From: Eledone cirrhosa
Taxonomy: Eukaryota
Length of the DNA: 64,000 nucleotides
Direction of reading: 5' to 3'
NCBI GenBank assembly: GCA_964016885.1
Contig: OZ024751.1
Coordinates: 51,150,001-51,214,000 of the forward strand
The notes beneath the pieces were generated by a model, which was given only the letters and a program-made list of their open reading frames with translations, made no database searches and was not told the DNA's origin. Shown piece after piece: positions 54,465-64,000 of this stretch (position 1 is its first letter; every line of letters begins with the position of its first letter). The translations under genes and the position numbers were made by a program.

Positions 54465-57400
54465 ATACTTTGGGAGGGTCATGTTGCCAACAAGAAACAC
54501 ACGCACCAGTTGCTTTCACTTCAATTTATTATAATAAATTTATAAATTTCCGGTTGGTTGGTTGGTTCCACAACCAGATGATTGTTTATATATTGTCAAA
54601 GTTCTTTCGTCCCACATTCTGTGACCTCTTCAGTGACTGGGGATTATTTTCTTTGTTTTTGTGCCTCTCCTTTGTTCTGTCCTACGCCATCTTGTTTTTG
54701 TGTGCGTAGGACAGAACAAAGGAGAGGCCCCAAAACAAAGAAAAGAATCCCCAGTCACTGAAGAGGTCACAGAATGTGTGACGAAAGAACTTTGACAATA
54801 TATAAACAATCATCTGGTTGTGGAACCAACCAACCGGAAATTTATAAATTCCTAAATTTATAAATTTATTATAATAAATTGAAGTGAAAGCAACTGGTGC
54901 GTGTGTTTCTTATTGGCAACATGACCCTCCCAAAGTATAACAATATCGGTTTCAACACACGTTTTCAGATAAAGAATCTTGCTAAACAAATTCAGAAACG
55001 AAGTATATATATATATACACATATATACACACACACACATACATACATACATTATCGTAATCATTTCTAAGTCAGGTTCAAGTTAAGCAATTTTAGAAAA
55101 AGGACAAAGATAATTAAATCAATCTTAGTGCAATCTGGTACTTTATTTCATTGACCCTGGAAGGATAAAAGGCAAAGTTGACCTTGGCAGAAGTTGAACT
55201 CAATGAGGTTTGAGTAAGCTTTCTTATATTTTTGTTGCATTTGTAATGTTACACCATGTAACATACCTTCACACAACAACAACTACTTCACCTATCATAT
55301 TGGAACACAACAGCATTTATAATGTTTCTGAAAATGAAACACTACCATATTAATGCTATCATTGTTTAACCTGTTGACTGCCATGTATATTTTACACAGC
55401 TACAGTTGCTGTAAAAAATTTTTTCAGTGAAATGACTATCTTTTTAGACAAACATTTATTAACAACATATATCTGAATGATTGACAAATATAACATCAGT
55501 AAACAAATAACCCATTCTAGCTTTGAAGTTATAAACTGTTGGAAACGAGCTCATAACTTTGAAGTTATGACTGTTGGAAAAGAGTTCAAACATGTTAAGA
55601 CAAGTTATCTCATCCATGTCACTGGAATGCATACATGTTAGGATGAGTTTTCTCAACTATGGTACTGAAAGGGTTAAGGATGAACAAAAAAAAAAAATGC
55701 AACTAGTTTTTAGAAAACTTACCCTACTGTAATGTCAAAAATATTGCTTCCAACTGAACTTGAAACCGCCATATCACCAAATCCTTTTTTAGCTACAATT
55801 ACACTTGTGATGAGATCTGGGATACTGGTTCCTGCAGCTAGAATTGTTAAACCCATAACCTGGAATAGGAAAATGTTAACATATATGAATTTGTTGTATG
55901 AACAGCAAACAGTATTTATATATTCGAATGATGCCTCAATGCTCACCATCACTTTTTATCACTCTATTTCATTTCTATCATCAACTGTTATCATTCAATC
56001 TCTCTTCCATTATCTCTCTATCATCCTGATTATACATAAGGGATGGCATTGGATCTGTTCAAATTCTATACTCTACCATTAGCCTACTTTAGAGCTATCC
56101 ATCAATATTTTACTATCCATCATCTATATCAAATGTTCTCATCGGGGGGCGTTTCGGAACTCCAGGGGGGCGTTTGGGAGCAAGGTCGCGTTAGAGGGGC
56201 GTTTGGAGCTGGGGGAGGAGGGTTAGGGGGGCGCTGGAAGACTCTTTATTTTGGTAAGTTTTATAAGCCATATTTGTATGTCTTTGAGACAGCCAGTATG
56301 AATGCATTTGAATGAGCTTGCAGACAGCATAACTATAGTCTGACCGCAGCTGTGAGCAGGTGTGCAGGCATGTCTTGTAACTGAGACGTTAACCGGTAAT
56401 TGAGATCCTAAAAATGGAAAAACCCACAGTCAACTGGGTCAAAGACACTTTGAGTGCAGCCAGTTAGAATCTTATTTTTCCTTCACCGATAACAATGTAT
56501 TTCATGTCTGAAATTATTGAATCAACCATAATGAGTTAACACTATGTAGATCTATTTTATTCCTTATTGTATAAATAATATTACAAATAAAAAAAAGAAA
56601 AGAAAAAACAGAAGTGAGTAGCACACACATCTAGGACTACATAGAACACATAATCAGATAATACACACATCTAGGACCACATACAACACATAATCAGGTA
56701 ATACACACATCTATGGAATATTGTTAATCAATTTTTTAGTAATCTACTGATATAAAAATCAGTAGTATATTGAAAAATGGAAAAATAGGGGGGGGGGGGG
56801 GTTTCGTGATTTCGAGGGACAAAAGGCCGTATTTGGCCAGAATTCTCTCACCCTTTTATGTTCAAACAGGCTGTAACTCATATTGATGTTAAGGTATTGT
56901 TCTCAAAATAAATAATATAAAAATCTCATAGATTCGATAATATGTGAGATAATTATGTAAGATAAAACCTTTACCACAAAAATACAATAGTATATATAGA
57001 GTAATGTAAATGCTAAAGAGTTAATCATTCACTCTCTTTCAAACATTAAAACTTTGATTGTGATAGTGGAGGGATTAATGTTAAATAACCCCATCAACCC
57101 ACAATTGGCCAAGCATGGTGACCAAGCAGCTTACACCCCTGAAATGACCAAAACCAAACAGAAAGCCAAAAAGTTCAACCAGGGAAGGGTTCCTCCATCA
57201 GGAGTGAGAAAGCCCTGGATTGGATATATTATATATGCGTGTCTTTGTATAAAAGAGAGAATAAGAGACATTTAAGTGAAATATAGTGTGTAATATAATA
57301 GACTTACAGTATCTTCGACGTATGTGGCACTGCCTGATGTGTCAGCCCACCATACCATTAAATAAGAGAATGCAGCAATCCAGATGATACTGCCAATAAA

Positions 57401-60400
57401 TGTGACGGGGAAATATTTTTTCTTGGTCTGAAATATAGACAAAATCAAAATATAATATAATAAACTGTTGTAGTTTGCTTGAAGCATTGTATATGATATA
57501 TAATGTGGAAAGAAATATATGGCTAAACAATGCAAAATGGACTGTAAGATGTATACTCTGAAGAAGGGATTTTAAGTCTCAAAATATTAGGATGAAAGAA
57601 ACAACAGCAACAACAACAAAAATAAACAAAAAAGACAAAGATTACCAGGTAACTTACTTTTCTGTTACCCTTCATCTTTCAATCCATTTTGCATTGTTTA
57701 GCCTTATATCTCTTTCCACATTATAAAATATAATATATTACAACAGGGGGGTTTCATATAGTTAGACAGGCCTGACAAAGTTACTTAATATAACAGGAGG
57801 TCCCCTTCACCCCAGTCAGTTATGACTGACCTTAGGATTGCACCTAGAATATTCCTCGCCATGGCATAAGCCTAGGCAAATGTGTTTTTGGAGAAGAGCA
57901 GGTACCAATGCATGCTAGTCTCCCAAATCCACATCCCCAATGTTGTCTATCATTTATAGTGTATATATGAGTTACGACGTCACTGTTGCCAAGTTGGATC
58001 ACAACTTAGATTAAAATATAAATTATATTATCTTTATGATTTACAAAATGAACAATTCAAAATAAAAAAAAAAGAGTCTGAAAAGAGATAAAAGAAGGAA
58101 CAAAACAGAACAAGACATGACACATCATTAAACACCACTACAGTGAATGTTAGATTTTCCCTATAAACACTTACACCACTGTGGGTGATAGTGAGGCTAA
58201 GAAGTTTAAATAGGCGAACACTCTCATAAACTTCACTTGATATTTGTGAATATATTTTAAATGATAAACTTCCATCCAGCTATCTTTTGCCTTGACAATA
58301 AAATAAACAACAGCAAGAACAAGAAAAACATATAGTACAGTCTTTACTTACAGCTCTCCGTACATCTGGTAATGTAAACCATAATATGAACATTATGGGT
58401 GCCACAAATATATATGATATTCGTTTCTTGTTTTCTTTTGGCCAGCTAATATCTAAAGGTTCTTCCTCCTCCACTAATCCCACTGGTGGTGCTGCCATAT
58501 CTCCACCAGTTTCAGGTAAGGGGAGTTCTTTCTGTAAAACAATCAAAGAAATCTTTATCCATTTCATTATCATATTTCCAATTTGATATTTCTATCTGAA
58601 AATAATCAAGAATTTTGGCAACTTTAACTAACTTTCTCATTGTACTCCAGACTCTGTGTATCTAGGTACTCTCTATCCCTACAAAACTCTGAGTCACAGA
58701 GAAACTGGGTACACCATGTCTGAGAACACAGTGAGGCTGGGTACACCGTGTCTAAATACACAGAGAGACTGGGTACACCGTGTCTGAGTACACAGAGAAA
58801 CTGGGTACACACAAATAAACTCAACATAACCACTTACTTCTTTTGGTGCCACGGTAGAGTTTGGCGATGGCAATTTTATTTCTTCAACTTCAGGCGGTGT
58901 ACAAGGGCTTGTTGCCTGAAGTGGTAAGTCAGTATTGGACCCTATTTCTGCTGAGCCCATGTTTGTCAGCTGGGTTTCCTGACTTCCCACCTCAGTACCT
59001 AGTGATGGTTGTTCCTTTGCTGAAGCCTGGTCTTCGCTGGCTATCTTCCCATTAGAAATAGCATGAATGGACGGGTCTTTGCCACCTTTTTCTATACCTT
59101 CTTTCTCATTGTTTTCTTCCACAGTCGACTCGCCATCTAGTACAACGTTCAGAGTAGCAACTGCATGCATTTTTACTGCTTTGTCTTGAACTTTGGCTGA
59201 ATACGGAGGAAACAAGGAAAGGTTATAGGGATTTTGAGAGTAGGCTTATTTAGTGAAAAAAATACATGGCAATGGTTGGGCCACATTTTTTGGTCCCAGC
59301 CATAAGGATGATTAATACATAAAACTGTAAATTGTATAATTTGAACTGCCATAAGAAGAGGAAGACCTAGTCCTACTTCTCTGAGAACAATGCAGAATCA
59401 GATCATGACTGGAAAAAGACTAAAGCAGAAACATATAACAGACATGGCTGACAAAAATACATCTAGGCATTTTGTGTCAAGTGGCTGGCATTTGAGATAG
59501 TAACAGAAACAATAACATTAAGAAAGAAACAAATGTGAGTTCTATGTTTCAGACTGTGGACCTTCATCAATAGACAGAGAGGAAAAAGAAACAAGAAAGC
59601 AAAGGAGTGTTCGATAATGGATGTACAGTGGATGAGGAATGTTGGAAAATGGCGAACTGGATTAATCAATCCTGTTTCTTAACAGAAGAGAGGTTCAAGT
59701 TAAGGGGGATAATTGGTGGGAATATTGATGTATGTGTGTATGTGCATGTGTTTTCTTGTATGAGTACACGCATGAATATGCTTTTTTTTATCTATGTGTG
59801 TGTGTAGGTAAAAGAGGGAAAGGAGGCAGTGTGCATGTGTGTATATGGGGGGAAGAATGTACGGGAGAGTAGTGTACTGGGGTGGCAATGTATGGGGGTT
59901 TATGTGTGTGCATGTGATTGTGTTTGCATATAGTAAGTTTAACCCTTTAGCATTTAAACCGGCCGTATCAGGCGAGAATTCTCTCACTCTTTTTGTTCAA
60001 ACTGGTCATAACCAGCCACTCACACTGATGTATAGTTCTCAAAATAAATAATATCATAATCTCATAGATTCGATATTATGTAAGATAAAGCCTTTACCAC
60101 AAAAATACAATAGTATATATAGAGTAATGTAAATGCTAAAGGGTTAATCAAGCAAGGACTTGACTGGTACTTTATCTCATCAAACCTAGAAGGATGACAG
60201 TCAATATCAACTCCAGTAGGATTTGAACACAGAACATTATGAGGCATAGCTAAATATTGCAGGTAATTTGTGTGACACTATCAATTCTGAGAAGCCACGA
60301 TAATATTTAGAACATGCTCCCATTTTCATTTTTTTTCTAGAACTGTCACTCTGAAGTTGATTGAGAAATCAATGTATAAAGACAAGGAGATATGTAGAAC

Positions 60401-60933
60401 TAATGAATTGTTTTGTTAGCATGCTGTGCTGAGTTCAAATAGCCCTAAGGATCTTGGTTTATGAAAAATGTATCCACATTGATGTGTACCTGTTTTTAAA
60501 AGTTTTATAATCATCAGTACAAAACTTAAATAAATAAAAGATGAGAAAAATAATAATAATAATAATATCATCCTTCCAAAAACATTTCAAATAGAAATAG
60601 AATCAATATGATTGAATGAATAAATCTTTAATGAAGTATTTAAATAAATGAGGCTGTAGGAATCTTTTAAAGAGGAAACTACTTCGTATTTTATGAAAAG
60701 AGGCTTTACAACTTTTAAAAATAAAAACAAATTTAAAGATAACCAAAAATAAGAAAAAAAAAGTTAAGAAAAAATCTTTTTCCTCATATTTCTGATGTAA
60801 CTTAAACTTGGCAGATTTAACCAAAAAAATATTCATAATAAATAAAGTCTGCTAATTAATTTGATATTTGCAAAATAAATTCTTCATTTTGATATTTTTT
60901 TTGTGATATCTTGTGTTCTTGCTTAGATTCTTT

Positions 60934-60981
<48 letters not shown>

Positions 60982-60986
60982 TTATG

Positions 60987-61017
<31 letters not shown>

Positions 61018-61972
61018 TTATGTATATATATATATATATATATTGGTAATATATTTCCATATTTCTTTTTATTATTTACATTTTACTTCTTAGTGTTAAA
61101 ATATTTTTAAGGAAAATATTTTTAAAAATCGATTTTCAAAATCTTAAGTTTGTTTATTAAAAAAAAATAAGCGAAAACAAAACACTAGATTTAATTAAAA
61201 TAGCTCAAAATATAATAGTAAACCTTAAAATAACATTTTTGAATGAAGTTAGACTTTTCTTGTTTCGAGAACAAAAACTTACTTTCCAAGAATATTAGTA
61301 ACATTTTGTTAAAAAAAAAAATGAATCTGTTTTATTTTGTTTAAACAGGTTTTTGATAATTCTAAATTTGCAATACTAGTAAAATCTTGAAACGGATGCA
61401 TTTCAAGATATGAATATATAATGATTACTCAGGTCTGCAAATTTGAAGTATTGTATAAAAAGTATCATTATCATCATTTTCCATCTAGTATGGGTTGGAT
61501 GGGATGTGACACAACGAGACATACTATTACAACACTACTACAGCATAAACCACTACTACAGCACTACAATTAGTCACACATCCATGAGAGAACCCTCACA
61601 ACTAAGTATATCTTTGTGATAGAATAAAAGAAAATGAAAAGAGCCGACTGTCAGATCAGCCCAAGGAAACAATGTTTTCATTGGTCTTTCTATTGCTGAT
61701 ATTATCTGCCGGTCTCAATACTTGGCAGATGTATTTTGCTGAAGAACACATCATGCTGCTTACTCATGTAATCAAACCTATGACCTTCTAATTACGAGTC
61801 CAACACCCTAACCATTAAGCCACGCAACTGAAATAGAATAAAACAATAAAACTAATACCCACTTACCTTCTCCCAGTGGATCAATAGTATGAATCATGAG
61901 TTGCAGAAATCCATGACGAAATCTACCACTTCCAGAGTGTAGAATTGGTAAGCTACAGCTTCGGACTGGTTT
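52637..61972 (-). CDS. SLC24A2: K+-dependent Na+/Ca2+ exchanger (NCKX, SLC24; Nckx30C/SLC24A2-like), 3' six coding exons; 5' part outside window
   Basis: Exons 61972-61867, 59196-58838, 58531-58352, 57427-57308, 55859-55723 and 52883-52637 join in frame with GT-AG sites (phases 1,0,0,0,2). Motifs [27 protein letters not shown], alpha-2 repeat [32 protein letters not shown]. Exact paralog is uncertain. Confidence 0.93.
53085..53300 (+). mobile_element. SINE family B, 5'-truncated, intronic
   Basis: Matches 53590-53840 in inverted orientation; (TGA)n tail. Confidence 0.8.
53592..53955 (-). mobile_element. Full-length tRNA-derived SINE family B
   Basis: Minus strand: TGGCTTAGTGGTTAGAGC (A box)..GAGTTCAATTC (B box)..TCCTTGAGCAAGACACTTTATTTCAC core..GGACGTAAAATGG(TGA)n. 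Confidence 0.85.
54595..54637 (-). ncRNA. Hammerhead motif, left-arm copy (same sense as NCKX pre-mRNA; one stem II mismatch)
   Basis: GUCA CUGAAGA G GUCACA-GAAUG-UGGGAC GAAA G-AA-C UU^ UGAC. Confidence 0.7.
54754..54796 (+). ncRNA. Minimal type I hammerhead ribozyme motif, right-arm copy
   Basis: GUCA | CUGAAGA | G | GUCACA-GAAUG-UGUGAC | GAAA | G-AA-C | UU^ | UGAC. All three stems pair; one extra nucleotide after A9. Confidence 0.8.
55370..55673. mobile_element. Older piggyBac-type MITE
   Basis: TTAA flanks; imperfect TIRs CCTGTTGACTGCCAT / ATGGTACTGAAAGGG. Confidence 0.5.
55723..55859 (-). CDS. SLC24A2: NCKX exon, alpha-2 repeat ([15 protein letters not shown]...SNIFDITVG)
   Basis: TTCCAG acceptor, GTAAGT donor, 137 nt. 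Confidence 0.96.
56825..57024 (+). mobile_element. piggyBac-type MITE copy lacking the left TIR
   Basis: Matches 59943-60143; ends TAAATGCTAAAGAG-TTAA. Confidence 0.75.
57308..57427 (-). CDS. SLC24A2: NCKX exon ([28 protein letters not shown]...)
   Basis: TTTCAG acceptor, GTAAGT donor, 120 nt. Confidence 0.95.
58352..58531 (-). CDS. SLC24A2: NCKX exon (KELPLP...[11 protein letters not shown]...TLPDVRRA)
   Basis: TTACAG acceptor, GTAAGT donor, 180 nt. Confidence 0.93.
58695..58812. repeat. 32-bp minisatellite (CACAGAGAAACTGGGTACACCGTGTCTGAGTA), ~3.6 copies, intronic
   Basis: Direct reading. Confidence 0.9.
58838..59196 (-). CDS. SLC24A2: NCKX exon, large cytoplasmic loop ([16 protein letters not shown]...STVAPKE)
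   Basis: ATTCAG acceptor, GTAAGT donor, 359 nt, phase-compatible with neighbours. Confidence 0.88.
59943..60143 (+). mobile_element. Complete piggyBac-type MITE (~200 bp)
   Basis: TTAA on both sides; perfect 14-bp TIRs CCCTTTAGCATTTA / TAAATGCTAAAGGG; four copies in the window. Confidence 0.9.
61867..61972 (-). CDS. SLC24A2: NCKX exon ([35 protein letters not shown]), missed by the ORF track
   Basis: GTAAGT donor at 61861-61866; conserved QLMIHTxDPL motif. The acceptor (AAG at 61973-61975) is less certain. Confidence 0.88.
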
Positions 61973-62087
61973 CTTTGATCAGCAATAAATAATGGAATAA
62001 GAAAGAAAAAAACAAGAAATAAAATGAAGAAAAGGAAAAGAAATAAGTTGCTTTAAGATAAAAGAGGTTCATTTAGTAGTTATAATG

Positions 62088-62287
62088 GTTTCTTATGTAG
62101 GCACAAGGCCAGCAATTTTGGGGGAGGGGAAAGTCAATTAAATCAACCCCAGTGCATTACTGGTACTTTATTTTATCGACCCCGTAAGTTAACCTTGGCG
62201 GGATTTGAACTCAGATCATAAAGGACTGTAACTCTATGCTGCGAAGCATGGCGTCTGACCCTCTACTGATACTGCCAATCCACCGCC
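62088..62287 (-). mobile_element. SINE family A with 19-bp TSD
   Basis: TCATTTAGTAGTTATAATG at 62069-62087 and 62288-62306. Confidence 0.92.
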
Positions 62288-62589
62288 TCATTTAGTAGTT
62301 ATAATGAAGGTAAGAGAGAGGCTGTATGATGGAAACATGAGAAGGCATACTCAAACATTGCTACTGAAATGATATGGGCATCATCAGTGTAGGACACTCT
62401 CTGGCCTGCAGAATCCCAGACACAAGCCAGCTTTTGGTCACAGCAGACAGAATGGGGAAAGCTTTGCCTTGGAGTAGGGTGAGGAAGACACATTGAAATA
62501 GACATTCCTACTTGTGGGGCCCTCACCAGTGGCTGGCCAACTCTACCCTGATAGTAGCGATACCATTCAGTTATTATTATTATATATAT

Positions 62590-62778
62590 ATAGGAAAATG
62601 TATGACCTCGACGCCAGAGCTCAAGCCGTTTCGACGGCTATTTCTGGAGTCCAGAAATAGCCGTCGAAACGGCTTGAGCTCTGGCGTCGAGGTCATACAT
62701 TTTCCTATTACCCACTCTACTACCCTAAGTATTGAGTACTCTGGTGCGTTATGGTCCATCTGGTTCCTTACCACAACT
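62590..62778. mobile_element. CpG-rich element in (TA)n starting with a perfect 119-bp palindrome (62590-62708)
   Basis: 59-bp arms with a single-base loop at G62649. The unique tail shares CCTAAGTATTGAGTACT with 47327-47343. Confidence 0.88.
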
Positions 62779-64000
62779 CCTTCGTTATATATATATATAT
62801 ATATATAATCTGGGTATTACTCGAAGTTGTAGCCACAATATAGCTGGTACTAATCGAATTGTTTGAGGCAACCACAAAGAACTCAATGGAGCAGGAAGTT
62901 AATACATTATCGTCCAGAGTAAACACAAAAGTTAAAAAAGTGTGACAACAAGAAAACCGACTGAAGGCAGTGGCAATACTTATACCACAATATATATATA
63001 TATACTATAGTTGGATGTAGTATAAATTATGTCATGCGCATATAATATGGCATAATTATGACATTCACATAGTATACTTTAGGAGACACATATAGTACAG
63101 AATAAGTTAAGACTATATTTATGGTATAGTATGATATAAGTTATGATATTGGCTGCTATTAAAAAAAATTGCAATTTGGTGGTAGAGTCACATATTGAAG
63201 TGATTGTTTTTTTTAATTTGGCTGCTCATCACCTCTACAACAAAAAGAATGACAGTATTGACAACAACAACTGCAAGAATATAAACAAGGAAGAACCTTC
63301 TTCACATCCCAACACCAGAAAAAGAGACTTTACCAGAAACAATAATATCAAAACCCAAAACAACAAAATACCTAAGAACTACAACATTAGCAGAAACAAC
63401 AACTGCACCAATGACAACAACACCATCAATCATATATATCTGTTCTACTAAACCAAGAAAATCTAAATTTTTTTTTTTTTTATTCTTACAACAGAGCCAT
63501 AATGTTTCAGCTTAGTATTTAGTAAGCTTTATCAGAAAAAAAACAAAAACTTTTCCTCTGATAAAACTTAGTGAATACACATACTTTGCTCTTTGCTGAA
63601 ACATTGTAGCTATGTTGTAAGAATATAAATAAATCTTTTTATATAAAATTCTGGTGTTTTTTTTAAATATCTTTTATTTCATTAATTAGAATGAAATTGT
63701 GATCACCTTTATTTCAGGCTGTGGAAGAGAAAGAAGAATATAAAGAAGTAGAAAAGAAGATTGACAGCAGCAGCAACAGCAGCAACAGGAGTTGCAGGAG
63801 GAGTAACAGCATAAGGTAACATCAACAACAGCAGCAGCAGGAGTTGTTACAGCAACAGTAATATGAACACCAGCAACAACAGGAAGGAAGAAAAGAAGAA
63901 AAAAGAGATAAAAATGAGTGAGTGTGTGAGAGAGAGACGGGAGAGAAAAATGGGGTAGAGGAGGGGAGGGAGAGAATTTGCAAAGGAGGAGCATTGGAAA

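Larger units (their letters stand above)
54457..54946. mobile_element. ~490-bp fold-back element (arms ~230-240 bp, 16-nt loop 54688-54703) with hammerheads in both arms, in the last NCKX intron
   Basis: Arms are reverse complements with few substitutions or indels; begins at a (TA)n tract. Confidence 0.9.

Noticed and set aside
56125-56240. G-rich CpG-containing patch as a promoter or CpG island
   Set aside because: Short, intronic, and made of repeated GGGGCGTTT motifs typical of a DNA-transposon subterminal fragment.

Overview
AT-rich, microsatellite-dense eukaryotic DNA. The repeat inventory and the gene suggest a coleoid cephalopod such as Octopus; this is inference, not confirmed. The first 6.3 kb holds two head-to-tail, decayed copies of a Tx1/L1-clade non-LTR retrotransposon separated by (ATT)n. 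The last 11.4 kb holds six 3' coding exons of a minus-strand K+-dependent Na+/Ca2+ exchanger (NCKX/SLC24) whose 5' part lies beyond the window. Between them are two tRNA-derived SINE families, an RTE LINE tail, piggyBac- and hAT-type MITEs, several minisatellites and very long (TA)n-type tracts. The most notable unexplained structure is a set of short fold-back elements sitting in or beside (TA)n tracts, several carrying minimal type I hammerhead ribozyme motifs. One motif at 14645-14699 has a fully canonical core, a sense/antisense pair lies inside an NCKX intron, and one is a U3-A8 core variant. These look like Penelope-like element/retrozyme remnants. Also notable: an apparent shared 3' terminus between the Tx1 LINE and the dominant SINE, and SINE insertions carrying templated inverted copies between their target-site duplications. 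All coordinates were read by eye; no database searches or folding computations were run.
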